Shown here: positions 11,878-25,949 of the stretch, piece after piece
Numbering within the stretch: position 1 is the stretch's first letter
How the letters are laid out: the number at the start of each line of letters is the position of its first letter
Made by a program: the position numbers and the translations under genes
Notes under the pieces: model-generated
What the model was told of the DNA's origin: nothing
What the model saw: only the letters and a program-made list of their open reading frames with translations
Database searches by the model: none
Assembly: GCA_951406725.2 (NCBI GenBank)
Contig: OX597816.1
Span: 132,680,001-132,744,000, forward strand
Reading direction: 5' to 3'
DNA: 64,000 bases
Origin: Octopus vulgaris
Taxonomy: Eukaryota

Positions 11878-13650
11878 TATGTGGCCCCAGTACACCCGAA
11901 TGAAATCGGGTTCTCTTCATCAAAAATGTGAAAAGGGGTCTACAATTATCATCGCCACAACTTATGTATGTCTTCCTTACTCACTCACTCTTTTTCCTAA
12001 TGATAATTATCATCGCCACCACCAACACCACCAACACACAATCATGACAATCTTTCTCTTAAAACAAATCATGTTTACATTGCAAAATATTTCATTTTCC
12101 CGTCCTCTCTTTCATATATCACCTTTTCTTTCTCGAGCTCTCTTTTTTCGCCGTCTCTATTTATTCTACAACGAGTCTATCAATGACAGCCGCAAAAGTT
12201 TCAATATTCCTACTTCACCTCTTTCAGAAACGCAACAGATATTATTTTTTTTTTGCCGGGGTTAAAGCCCACTACATCCCGTCGGATTCACTCCAAAATT
12301 TATACCTTCTCTTTCTACCTCTAACTCCCATTCAATTTCTCTTTATCTCCATTCTTAAAGATAATTATCATCGCCACCACCACCAACACACAATCTGGAC
12401 AATCTTTCTCTTATAACAAATCATGTTTACATTGCAACGACGTCTGCCACCTCCGCCGTCTCTATTTATTCTGCAAATGACCAGAACTCGGGAAACTTGC
12501 TTGACTGTTCTATGGTCTATGACCAGAACTCGGGAAACTTGGTTGAGTGTTCTATGGTCTATGACCAGAACTTGGGAAACTTGGTTGAGTCCTCATCTTA
12601 TAAAATGTGGCCCCAGTAGACCCAAATGAAATCGGGTTATATTAACCAAAATGTGAAAAGGGGTCTAAATGGGGATGGAAGGGGATTAAAATTTAAAGGA
12701 GCGGGTGTTTAGCAATTCTCTGTTACATCAAGCTAAAAAATTTGCTCCAGCCTTTTAATCGTCAATGTGTTGCCGTCCATGATGAAGAAGTTTTGAATGC
12801 TTACCATCGTGAGTCTACTGTCGTGAGAAAGAATCAATTCAAAACTTGGTTTTTAGGGATTTTCTTTTACATCAAGTTCAAAATTTTACGCCAGCCGTTG
12901 AACTGTCAATACGTTGCTGTCCGTCATTAAGAAATGCCAGCCATGGTGACTCTACTATCCTCAAATTCTATCCCTTCAAACTTTGGTTTCCAATATTTTA
13001 TTATTTTTATTCAGCTCGCAAGTTCGTCTGTCCCTTTTAAATGTTAGTGTTTTGCTGTCTGTCTTGAAGCAGACCTTTCCGTTGTTACTGCCTGATATTT
13101 ATGATTGATCTTTCTAAATATTTTATTTCTCAACTTACTCAAGATCTTTTGTTGTTTATAAATGGGAGAGAGATACATAAAGATAGTGAGTAAGAGAAAG
13201 CGAGGAAGAGTCCGAGAGAAAGGAAGAGTAAGAGAGTGGGAAAGTGAGAGAGAAAGGAGAAAGAAACAAAGAGAGAGAATCATCATCATCGTTTAACGTC
13301 CGTTTTCTGTGCTAGCACGGGTTGGACAGTTTGACAGGGGTCTGGGAAGCCAGGAGGCTGCACCAGGCTCCAGTCTGATCTGGCAGTGTTTCTACAGGTG
13401 GATGCCCTTCCTAACGCCAACCACTCTGTGAGGGTAGTGGGTGCTTTTTTCGTGCCGCCTGCACAGGTGCCAGGGGGCTGGCAGCGGCCACGATCGGTTG
13501 GTGCTTTTTACGTGCCACCAGCACAGAAGCCAGTCAAGGCGGCGCTGTAATCGGCCACGTTCGGATGGTGCTTTTTACGTGCTGAAAGGAAGCAACAGAA
13601 AGTAACAACCACACTCTTACCCGCGCGTAGAGCGGGTCACCTTCAGCTAG
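11319..13650 (+). mobile_element. Non-autonomous Helitron (~2.3 kb) with internal duplications and a nested RTE-type element
   Basis: A|TCTTCTCTATATATAAAA 5' end; 3' hairpin ACCCGC..GCGGGT then CTAG|T at 13647-13651. Pairing of the two ends is inferred. Confidence 0.65.
12478..12590. repeat. ~42-bp tandem repeat (~2.7 copies) inside a Helitron
   Basis: Unit ATGACCAGAACTCGGGAAACTTGGTTGAGTGTTCTATGGTCT. Confidence 0.85.
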
Positions 13651-13694
13651 TCTTTTACTATATACTTATTTCAGTCGTTAGACTGTGGCCATGC

Positions 13695-14497
13695 ATAGGA
13701 TGAAACAAATCAACATCGCCTTGACATTGGACTTCACTTGATGCAATTTTGGGGTGCGTGGTGACATTGAATGCTTCCATTGACTTGATTGCTGCTTTGT
13801 TTCCGGCTCGTAGTCAGCAGCACCTGCTTCTGTCACCAGTGAGGATCTTCGAAAATAGCTTCGGATCAACTTCCAACTGTTCTTTCAGTGTTCACGACAC
13901 GTATTCAGTCGTAACTGTATTTGATCTTCCGTGAGCAAGTGAGGCACACATTTTGCTGTAACTCTTTTCATTCACAATTCCTTGCTCAAAATTTGTTTGG
14001 AGGAGCTTCAGGACACACAAGTCATATCAACAACTTAGTCAATTGTTCGGCGACGGTCCTCTAAAATCAGTTCACGAATTTTCGTGATGTTTTCATTCGT
14101 CCGAGAGGTCGACGGTTGCCCTGAACGAGGTTTGTCCTCAAGCGACAAGTGACTATTCTTAAAAAGTGTGAAAACCACTCGTAAACTTGTTTTGCTTATG
14201 GCAGCGTTCTTTTCAGCTGTTTGAAGCATGAGAGCTTTTTCGGCCGCCGTTTTCCCCAGCTGAAAGCAAAATTTAACGGAAGCACGCTGTTCCTTCGTTT
14301 CAGCCATAGGCAAAAATCGACGAACAAGGGAGAAGCACGGCAAAACAAAGACGCATCATGTGGCACTACGACTACACCCGATGACACCGGTCGGCAGACT
14401 GATGCCTGAGGATCGTATCAAGTGGCTTCTAGTGGCGGAGACTACAACGGCCTTATCCCACAGAAAACGTTTCCAGTTACTTTTGGGTACCCCCTTA
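13695..14497 (-). mobile_element. Mariner transposon remnant (5' TIR plus N-terminal transposase)
   Basis: TA+AGGGGGTACCCAAAAGTAAC TIR-like end; EQRASVKFCFQLGKT..EDKPRSGQPSTS..EDRRRTID; YEPETKQQSSQW..KSNVKAMLICF. Confidence 0.85.
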
Positions 14498-14502
14498 CAT
14501 AT

Positions 14503-14555
<53 letters not shown>

Positions 14556-16729
14556 CATCTGCATGTCATACTTAATGCAAATACATCGCTTAAAGGCAAA
14601 TTTACTGCGTCATCCTAATATCTTATGAACATTGCAGACGAAAATCGCCCAACAGCAGTGATGAGAAAGTAAGATACGCAATTCTACCACGATGGGCTTT
14701 TGTCAGTATCATGTACTTACTCTTTTAACCTGCGGCTTGCAGTGAGTATATGGTACAGACAAAGGCCAACGAGGCAGAAATGTGCATTTGGTATTCTCAC
14801 CATTGCTGTTAGACGATTTCGTCCGTTACTGATATATTTGTTTTTAAACACGGTACGTCCATAAGAGATATCTTTAGACGAATACCGTAGTTAACTTGCT
14901 TTTTTGCGATATATTTGCATGATTCACGAAATATGACAAATGGATATTCTAATTTAATAATGCTTTTGTTGTATATAACGGATATATATATATATATACC
15001 AATCACATTAGAGAGGGGTGAAAAAACGTGAAAATAAAAATCCAATGAAGATAGAAATAAGTGAAGACATTTATTATGTATCAAATTATCGCTAAGCAAT
15101 AATATCGGAGATTAAAGTGAACAGATATGGTGTGCTATATGAAATATACAAATAAAAATAATATAGAGCTGAAATACTTTCTCCGCATTGAAAAACTTAA
15201 GCATGGCGATATATTGGTTATATTCTATTACGATAAAATCCACTGAATAATAAAAGTAGTATGTTTTATTTCCTATAGAGTATAAGTAATACTTTTTTTT
15301 TAAACATCGATACAAGTGGCAGGAAACAGTCGATTGCATGGAACTCAGTACTTGATTCTTATTATTGGCCACAGAAGATGGTGAACTGACAAAATCGTTA
15401 GCACACCAGATAAAAATGCTTTGCGGTATTTGCGTCCATCTTTACATTCTGAGTTCGAACTCCGCCGAGATCGATTTTGCCTTTCCGGGTCGATAAAATA
15501 AGTACCAGTTGAGCACTCGGTCAATTTAATCGACTTTTTCCTCCCTTAAAAAATTGCTGGCCTTGTGCCGAAATTTGAAACCATTATTATTGGTCTGGGA
15601 GGAATGAAAGGCAAAGATAACCAAAGATATATGAACTAGCACATAAAAGAAGAAGCCTCCAAAAGGTTTCTTGATTTGCCACCGAAAACAAGGAAGGAAA
15701 ATTGGACAAGATAGCATATAAAGACGAGATCAAAGCTGGATAGTAATGGAAAATGCTTTTAGAAACTAGAAGTACGCTTCTATCCTTGAAGGCTTAGGTT
15801 TAGAAGAACCTTCATCTCGCCATGAGCTGAAAAGTAGAGGAACGCCGTCTCTTGTCTATCCACTCTTGTTTCCAACACCGAGGTTGGAATGCTTTTGATC
15901 ATAGACTAAACCAGATATTAGTAGATATTTAATTACAACCTACTACATTCTTAAATAATTCAACATTGGTATTTATGATTATTACTAACATAATAAAAAC
16001 GGCAGTAATTCATAGTTTCCAAAGCTTTATGTGCACACACACACACAAAATCCACAGGCACCAAGGTAAAACAAAACTGAAACTAGAAATATATAATTAT
16101 AATGAATTTTTAAAATGAATAAAATATGAGAACTTTTCTTTCTAGTGGGTATATAAATCGCATAACTGTTGTCAGTCACAATGTTTTTGAAGGTAAGACG
16201 GCGCCGTAGAATGTAGAGATAAGCCCTCGAAAATCTAAATCTACGATTTACGTTCGGAATCACCTTAGTTTATGTAAGCCTATAATGCACATAGGAAAGG
16301 TATGTACATCATTTCATCTCATTTCCGTCGCCTAGAAAAGAGAGAGAAAAAATAAACAAACGAACAAACAATAACACGAGTATTATGGAGTAGACGGTAG
16401 CTCATAGCCCTCCCAGATCACAACAGCTTTGATTTCCCGTAAGAATCGCTTCAATTTTATCCACAAAGCTTTAGCTTGTAAAAACGCATCATTGTCAAAA
16501 CTTAATTTTCCACCTTTAAAAATAAATGTCATGTTTCATTCATATGAAATAAACAAGATATATAAAAAGCTGTTAAAATATTAAGAAAAAAAATCAACAG
16601 ATGATAGAACAAGACGACGAAGGAAAAGAATCACAAACTGTTAATGATAGTGAAGAAAAGACAAAAAAAACAAACAAACAAATGCACGAGAAGCAAATAG
16701 AGCTGTTGTAACATTTACAAGTTGAAATG

Positions 16730-17616
16730 TCTAACTGTGCGAGAAACTAAATAGTCTTGGTTGATACAAACCACCAACCAACGCTGACGAAGCGTGCCGC
16801 ACGCATACTTCGCGAGCTCTCGTCCAGCTGATCAATAATCAATTTGTTGTAGCTTATGTGCTTGCCTCTGCTGCTGCTGGATAGAGCTCTGTTTCTTTCA
16901 CTCTCTCTTTCTCTCTCCCCTTCCCTGTCTTCTGCCCACTCTCTTTTCTTCTCTCTCTCTCTCCCACCCTCTCTCTTTCCCATTACCTCTCTCCTGCGCT
17001 CTTACTCTCTTTTTCCCCTTCTCTCCCTTTGCCTCTCCTCCGCTCTCTTTTCTACATTCCCTCTCTCTCTATCCCCCACGCACTCGTTCTCTCTCTCTCT
17101 CACTTTCTCTCTCACATGTTCAGCTAGAATTAGTAGTGACTGCAATAGAAATGAGATAGATCTTCTTCCTTCGAACGACATTTACTGTGGTAACGAATAG
17201 CAGTGGAAAACAAGAAAAAATATCACAACACAACAGAAAAGAGAAAGAGCAAAGGATTTTAGCAGTTGTTGCAATTACTGTTGCTATTTGTTTTAACATT
17301 TCATTTATGATATTCTATTACAGTTAATATGCGTGGCTTTTTGAAGACTGAACGTAGTTCTCAAGCTACTACGGCGTTACCGCAAAACATTCCTACATAA
17401 AAAAAAAAGAAAAACAAGACAAGAAACATCACACTCTATCTATCTATACATACATAATCACACTGACTTGAGGACGTGTTTCGGGCAAAAATACAATTAA
17501 AAAAAAAAAACTGGCAGGGAAAGGAATTATTATTAATATTAATAATAAGAAGCTCCCGTGTGCAAGGTGCCTTCATTGATCTCACCAACACCAGTGAACT
17601 AAAAACAATTTCCAAT
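16730..17616 (+). promoter_or_regulatory. Putative ELAPOR promoter and 5' UTR
   Basis: Local CpG enrichment (16781-16825, includes TCGCGA), long CT/GAGA pyrimidine tract ~16890-17115, no recognised TE, directly upstream of the ATG. TSS not determinable. Confidence 0.5.
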
Positions 17617-17952
17617 ATGGTGTCATCATCATCATCAAAACCTGCATCATCATCATCATCGTCGTCATCACCGTCATCATCATCACCATCGTCATCGTCA
17701 TTATTATTATCACAATCATCATCGTCATCATCATTACCGTCATCATTAATATCATCACAATCATTAGCAAAATCAGAAGCAACAGCAGCCTCATTATCGT
17801 CGTCTGTGATTGTATTTTCGGCAGTAACCAGTCATCCGAATCGCCTGAGGAATTTGTTATTGTTTTGCACGCTTTTTTTCCTTTTCTATGCTGAAGGTCC
17901 TTGGTCCAGGCGTCTGTCAGCCTGGGCGAGCAGTTTGCCGGAATGTCGGCCG
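17617..17952 (+). CDS. ELAPOR: ELAPOR1/2 (KIAA1324/UPF0577) homologue, coding exon 1 (Ser-rich N-terminus, signal-peptide-like hydrophobic stretch, ...SSLPECRP)
   Basis: First in-frame ATG at 17617; hydrophobic LLLFCTLFFLFYA at aa 80-92; ends CCG|GTAAGT (phase 0), in frame with exon 2 (ECRP|EDFHYEYTEC, compare human ELAPOR1 ACKESEYHYEYTAC). ELAPOR1 vs ELAPOR2 cannot be resolved. Confidence 0.8.
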
Positions 17953-18082
17953 GTAAGTACAAAACCTTGTCAACTCTTGCTTATCTTCATTCATTCATCG
18001 CTTCACTGTTACAACGACGACAATTTTAGTAGGTGAGTCGGATTTGGTTGTCGTTGGCTGTTGTACTACAATTTATTCAGTG

Positions 18083-18126
<44 letters not shown>

Positions 18127-18310
18127 TATATATATATACATACATACACACGTGTACGCGCTTGTATGGCACGCGCACACACACACATATATTCAGATTT
18201 ACATTAATATACAGGGCTGTATACAAATAGTTCATACGATGGTGCTCCATCATGACCGCAGCCCGCTGGCTGAAACGAGTAAAACAGTAACTTAGAGCAT
18301 GCACACACAC

Positions 18311-18363
<53 letters not shown>

Positions 18364-20989
18364 GTGTTTTCTATATAATTCCACATGCTTGCACACACAC
18401 ATATATGCTCTGAAAAGTTCACGCTTAAATTAAACTCTTTGTCGACAGATTATCTGTTTCACACGAACGATTTAGTTACAACTGTTACGCACACACATAC
18501 ATTCACACACATCTTGTACACAGACGCTCTCAACTATACAAATCGCGGACAATAAATTTACAATTTTATTCCCCTCGTAAGCTCACGCTTGCAATTATTT
18601 AACTTCCTTGTACACACACACACACACACATATATATATATCTGTGTGTATGCGTGTATAAAATGATTTCGTTCAGGCATAGTGATACTAATAACCAGTT
18701 ATCAGAACTTATATACCCATATATAAAATCATTTATCTATCTCTAAGATATGTATATATGCGCGCGCGTGTGTGTATATTATCTATTATATATTGCCAGG
18801 TGATAAATACGCATCAATAAAAAAAAAACAAAAAAAAAAACAAATAATTAATACACACACACATCACATATATATATACTCGCTTACAGATCAATGTTTA
18901 TATTGATATATGCAGCAGAATCTTTCTACACCTTCAAGCAATACTAATTGCTGAGACACATCCCTCTATCAACAGGAGTATATCAATGTCGTTCGTCTCT
19001 GTTACGTGTGGGTGTTTAAGTCTTTCTCTTCTATCCTCTTCTGTCGCAAGCTGTGTTGATGTTTAAAGGCAGATCATCTCTGATCGAACAGAGATATTCC
19101 AGCTGCGACCCTGCCGTCTTGTTTTTTTTTTTTTGTATATGATTATATGATCATATTGTGCAATGTGTCGTTGCTATGATTACTATTTATCAAGACGGCA
19201 GGGTGTGATTGGAGAGAAATTTGACTGCTATTTCTAGCATGTTGTACGACTGCTTAGTGGTTTTTCTCTTTGGCGATTCGTTTCGGGTCGTATTTGTGTA
19301 GTGGCATGTTGGTGGTCGGTATCATCAGCTTATCCTGCACTATGAATTAGGATCACTCACTCGCGCGCGCGCGCACACACACACATAGACACACTTTAAT
19401 GACATTTATAATAGTTTATCCACCATCTCTGTGATGAGTTACAAACATGTTTGAATATGTGTAAGCTGTCATATCCTGTATACATACATATATATATATA
19501 TACAAGTATACAGGATAGATGTTAGTTTTTAGTAGGTAATATCTAAAGAACTTTTTAAAAATGTGTTAGTAAATTTTATTCGTCACCAACATCGTATGTC
19601 GTCATCTGTCATTTTAAATCCAGATAACGGGGTGGCAGTACTAAGCAGGGATGTGTATAAAAACAAGGTTATTACCAGTTCATATATGCTTGGTACATAT
19701 TCGAACCCGTAAGACATACAGTGAATGGCTTTTTTTTATTTGAACTGATAAATAATCATGTATTTAAACTTAGAAGTTCGGAATAGATGTCCCATATCTC
19801 ATGAGAAAGGAAAAGCTTACGGAGGTGGGAAAGCAATAACGCAAGGAAACAAAATTGAAGGATTTTGGGTGGGAATGGAAAGAACTGTCTCCAGAATCAT
19901 ACTGTTGTATGAAGCACATAAATACAGAAGATAGAAAAAGGTGGGGAAAAAGGGAAAAAATCCTTTCTGATGGATGCAAGAGAATTTAGCTGCTGATACC
20001 AGCTAACGGTTTCAGTTCTCCATTTAGAATTATATTTACCAACGTTGCCTACAAGATTCGGAAAGGTATAACTGCTATAACTTCCATTTCTTCTTCTACG
20101 TGCAATATGATGTTTTATTGTGCATGTAAGAAAGAAATTGTGTGCATCTATCGAGTGAATTTATTATTGGACTCGGGAGTACTTGATGTCTAATTGCATA
20201 GTGTACAAAAAGAAAAGCAAAAAAAAACAAACACAGGTATACGGTTTAATATGTGTGTGTATATCTATATTGTACACACACACATACTTATCTGCAATTC
20301 ATTAGAATTTATTGTAAATGCTCTTATAATAATTTTCATATTTTAACATTCAAAGTGAGAAGGCAGCACCCTTTGTACTAAGTTAGGGCACACCAACCTA
20401 TTCTGACACTACATATGTAGCGATATGGTAACAAACGAATAGTCCAGTATAGATGAAGGGATGTATACATGGCAGAGAGAGAGAAGCTTAACATTATTTC
20501 GAGTTGTGTTGCTTGATTGTATTCTGTTAGGTTTTCTTCAAATCAGTTTACTGGTTAACTGTTGATTCAGCAGTATTTCATGTTCTCAATACTTCACATA
20601 AATCTTGTACACTGCCAAACAAGCGTACAACATTTACCTAACCCTATGTTACTTGCTCAGTTCACGTGTCAAGACGTGAGATGTCCGTAAGTTAAAGTTA
20701 TTTGATTCTATCGTGTATGGGATTCGTGCCTGATCATCAATTCATTACGAGTGTCATCGTCACTGTCATTATTTGTAGAAAGTCGAGGGAGGTAGTGAAA
20801 GAATGGTTAGAGAGACCCTTATCGAGCTGTGTTAGAATGCCGTTAGGACCAACTTTGTCCTTCATCCTTCCCAGTTCGATAAAATATAGTAACCTGAAAA
20901 GTGCTTATCGCTTACGCAATCCCCTTTAGAGTTTGAGGTAACTTTATAGAACTAAAAAGGTTAGCAATGCCTTTTCCTGATTTATGTAC

Positions 20990-21715
20990 CGTTACAATTG
21001 GTTTACTCAGGGGTGTATGATTGCTCCCACTTTATTTCTTATTAAACTTTACCTGTCCAAGGAATTTTCATAAGTTTGTCCTAAACGTTCATGCTTATTT
21101 TCAGACATTTAGTTAGCCCTTGTTTCATACGTTCTGATTAATATAAAACCTTCTTTTCATTATTCTCAAGTACTTAGTGGTTTAAAACAAAATAGGAATG
21201 TGTGTCATATTTGATGCATGGACACCGGGGAAATACGTCCCGTATCTCAAACGTGATACACAGGAAAGGCAAAAGGGTTAATGACGTTAGTAATACCCTT
21301 CTTGGCCCTGATACAATGCTTTCGTCCAGCACTAACTGGAAAGGGTTAATCTGTGTTGACGCTTTCGCTTCCTCTACTGGGGCTCTCGCACTGAAACAGA
21401 ACTATGGCTTACAGCGTCTAACAGATTGCACATGTACTTATTCCATCAAAACCGTTGGTTTATCCTTTTCTAAATCAAGTAGAATGCAATCAAACGAATT
21501 TTGGGTCGTCCGACTTTTGCAAATAAACACAAAACTCCTGGGATTTTGGCTAACTACTGCTCTCAGATTTAACCACCAAGTTGATCATATATGTAAGATG
21601 GTTTCATCTCGCCTGTTTTTGCTACGACTACGATATTACCTGCCTGATGAAACTGAGCTTTATAAATATACAACAGCTTTATTCTCTCTTGCTCTTAGTA
21701 TGCTCCATTAGCTTG
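20990..21715 (+). mobile_element. Highly decayed LINE reverse transcriptase fragment (L2/CR1/Rex1-like)
   Basis: QGCMIAPTLF at ~21008; KLLGFWLTTALRFNHQVDHICKMVSSRLFLLRL. Confidence 0.55.
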
Positions 21716-23498
21716 AGGTATGCCTTGAATTATTCTTAAAATTCACCAGGAATGTTACATTCCACGGAGCAGGAATGCAGTTTAGAACCAAAAAGCTACG
21801 CGACATATCCACCTTCCGCGAAGAGAGAAAACTTATTCAACTGTAAATTTATCTCAAGAAGATTGCCTTGAACTCCCTTATATCTGCTGATTTGAATATA
21901 TTTTCTTATTTCACGGACGATGGATGATAAGTCGCCGCTGCTTACTGGTTTTGAACTGCTCAGCTCATTCCTGCACTGTGAAATGTAACACATCTGATGA
22001 ATTTTAAGAAAAATTAAAGACACTTCCATTAAAATTCTAGCTTTCTAGTGTTATTTGTAGTATTATTTTATGTGTACTGTGCACCAGCTGTCTTTGAGTA
22101 TGGTTGTTTTTTTTTATGTAGACATTCACCTTCCTCCAAATTTGTGGTCCTGCTTTACTGTTAGAAATTATTATGATGGCAGCATATGACAATCAGAAAA
22201 GCGTCGGACAAAATACTTTGCTGTAGTGTTTCTTCCCGTGCTTCATCTTTCATGTTCAAATCCAATGGAGGTTAATTTTACCATTCTTGCTTCAGAAATT
22301 GATTAATAAAATACCATTGAAGTCGACTGTTTTACTTTCCCCAAATCTTTGCCGCGTGCCTATTTTAGAAATTATTATTATTATTATTGAAGGCATACAA
22401 GATGGTAACAGGAGCATCATTAACTAGGACAAGTCAGTTGGCTTGTAAACTGACAATTGGAGATGCAAGTTTACGTCGACCAGTATCGTGCCTTGTTGGA
22501 TCCATAGTCATGTTAAAATAATTGAGACCTAGTTCAAGCGAAACCTCCAGATCGATAGGAGCCGGAACGAAATAATTTACAAGGTAGACAGTCGCATCCA
22601 GAAATAAACTGAGAAGAAGTTGTCCATGAAAAGAAATAAACTGAGAAGCTGTCCATGGGTTGAAATGGTGAACGTATACATCGCTTCCATCATTTATTAC
22701 CATCTGACTGTCGTGCCTGTTCCCGATTTTCATCTGACCAGAATGGAAGGTCTGCCCCTAGGCCCTCTTATATAAAGAAGGCCGTTCCAATGACCAAAAA
22801 GCTTATCTGCTGCTAACGTCTTCTGCACGGATAGTTCGATAAACTGTGATCGATTATGTGCGGGCATGTACCGTGGTAAAGTCATCTGCTGAGATTCTTG
22901 GACAATCAGGAGGAGTGTTTGCCAATTGTCAGACTCGTTCTCCCACAGTTCAACTCTTTCACTGAGTTACAGCCCTGGGTCTTGTAGTTATCAAGAACAC
23001 TGGATGTCTGGTATCTGGAATGTTGTCACACACTCACATTTGTCTGCTATTCAGGTAGTACAGTCGGTGGTGTACCAACCATTGAAGATTGACAGTGGGT
23101 AAGAGCAGTGACATGATGATCAACCTAGAACTTTCTGGTTGAGAACTATGGACTACTTCTAGTAATCACTGGTCTAGCGATACGCACGAGGATAGTGGAG
23201 AATTAGTAATTTGGAACAAACCCTACGGATCCAGTAACACTGTCAGCCGGGCCTGTCCAACATATGCGCAGAGCAACGAACCTTTCTGCATGCATTCTTC
23301 CAAATGTTGCTGAATTGTGAAAATATGTTAAACAACTGTTGTCTTATATGAGACGGATCTAAATATCAGCCAAATTCACCGTGAAGATCATCCAAACACC
23401 TTTGTTTTGGAAAGGCCGACAGTTTTGTCTACTTGAAAAGAGTGAAGTCAAACACTTTTCTTTTCGTTGAAGTTCCACTTGGAGAGAAAGGTAACATT

Positions 23499-23540
<42 letters not shown>

Positions 23541-25949
23541 CTGATTTCCAGGGAATTTGTAGGAACGTAGGTGAGAATGGTGTGGAAGGAGCTACTATCA
23601 GTGTATCTGCAACTTATTTCTCATTGTGGTTTCTTGATTAGTATAGGTATCTGCATTGGAATATCTCATTCCATGCCTGTTTTCCTTTTCCTAATCGATT
23701 CCATACAAACTCCAACGTTCTTTCGTAATTTATTCCTGTAGTGTCTCTTCATCGCTCTTGAAGTAAATTTTAATTTTTATTGGATTTGGCAGAATCGTTA
23801 GACAAAGTGCTTTGTGATATTTCTTGGCCCTTTAAATTCTGAGTTCAAACCTCGTCGAGGTCAAATTTGCCTTTCATCCACCCGGGACCGATAAAATAAA
23901 GTCTCCTAATTTCGAATTTTATGACTTGTGCTACCCGTCTGATAAGGGTGCACCAGGCACATGCACCACAACCATTTGTGCTCGACATGATGATCTCATA
24001 TCAAGATAAACAGCACATGACCTTGCAGATGGGACCCAGTTAAAATTTCAGATCGAGTAGCCCATCTCACTCAAAAGGTCCCTGAATAAGGGTTGTTTAA
24101 GGATGTTGAACAAAACACCCATGTTTCCAGAGATGAATTATTCAAATCTCAAAGACATCCTCTCAACACATAGCTATGATGCTTCCCCTCTACTTCTGCT
24201 CGTGATATGAAATGCACTTATCATCAGCCAGTAGGGGACATGCTCAACTGGTTAAGGTCAAACAACTGACAAACAAATCTGTGGTATTGAGCAGAATATT
24301 TGCTGTAGCTCATCTTTTATACCAAGACAAAACAATGTACATGATAACACTTTCAATCAGTTAAGATCAAAAGCCATGACAGCCAATTATTATTAAGATG
24401 GTGAGCTGGCAAATTCCGCAGCGGCATTTCGTCCGTCTTCACGTTCTGTGTTCAAATTTCGGGGTTGATAAAATAAGTACCAACAGAGCACTGAGGTCGA
24501 TATATTTGACATACCTCTCCCCCGAAATTGCTAGTCTTGTACCAAAATTTGAAACCATTATTACATGGCATATTATTGGAATCTTTAGAGTGTCCGGAAA
24601 AAGAAAACAAAAAACGTTTTGCAGTATTTGTTCTGGCTCTTTACATTGATTTCAGATCTCAACAAGGTCGACTTTGCCTTTCCACCTTTCGGGGCCGATA
24701 AAATAAGTACCAGTTGAGCACTAGGGTCGATGTGATCGACTAGCCTCCTCTCACTTCCAAATTTCAGGCCTTGTGCCTATAGAAGAAAAATATTTTCATC
24801 ATCAATAACAACGAAGTAAATCTTTATGTAATTGTTATATCTGCTTGAAGTAGTTGTTAAATCTCCTTCACGTTACACACCATTCAGTCTTTAAAAAATA
24901 GATACGTTGAGCCTGAAAAAGAGACTGGAATTTTAGTTTTGGAAGCATTTTATAATAGGCTTTCATCATCAATGATGAACTGTGTCTAAACAATATAAAC
25001 ATTATCAAGCTTCAGTTTTGTATATTCGCCGTGAACCTAGTGCTTGAACTCTGTTTCAGTTGTCTGCTGGATATTTAACGCCTGTCTTCACTCATCTCCA
25101 TTCTTCCTCACTCGCTATTATTATAAGGTTTCAAAACTAATAAATATTAAAGGATTATTGTTGCAATTGCCAAAGCAATCGACACCACTAACCATCACTG
25201 CTGTCATCATTGTCGATACGTCTTATTATTTTACTACGGTGACATTTGCAGCAGTTCTGCAATAGTTAGTTTTATGGTTGGGCTTGTCGCAATTATTTGC
25301 AACTTGATATGTTTTCTCTGTGAAACGACACCCACATTTCCCTAAACGTGTATTATTATTATTGTTATTATTATTCGTCCAGTCAAGCTTTTCTCGTAAT
25401 TCTAGTTACAGAATATTTTCTTTGCCTGTCATTGACAACTATTCATACTAAGGTTTCATTTAATCAACTTGTATTTTTCTCTCTTTTTTTTTTGTGTGCA
25501 TAAGTTATTGCTGAGGAAGATTGTCATCGTTGGCTACTATTAGTGATAATGAATGAGGTGCCTACTCTGTGTCCGTCTATGATCCTATGTATTTATCTTT
25601 TTTTTTTATGAGCATGCGTATGTCAACATTTTATATCTGCAATTTATATCAGTAATCATCATCATCATTTAACGTCCGTCTTCTGTGCATGCATGGCTAT
25701 TATGTATTCAAATATTTACGTGAAATGTATGCTTGTTATAGGAGGTGACAAGTTCAAAAGAAGCGTTGTCTGGCTTCTTAGAATTAAGACCTCAAAAATA
25801 ATTCTGATAGTGAATAAAATATTTGATCCATAATCGAAGAGCCATAGGGAAAACAATATATTTTGTCGCATTAACGATTAAGGATTGTGCGCGCGCGCTT
25901 AGAAGGTTTGCGCAGTGTATTTGCATTGAAGATTGTGAATACATATAAA

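Noticed and set aside
17476-17616. ORF-track extension upstream of the ATG
   Set aside because: Starts at GTG (bacterial-style call); likely 5' UTR
22430-23460. Possible R2/NeSL-like RT remnant on minus
   Set aside because: Only isolated motifs (YFNMTMD); too decayed to call
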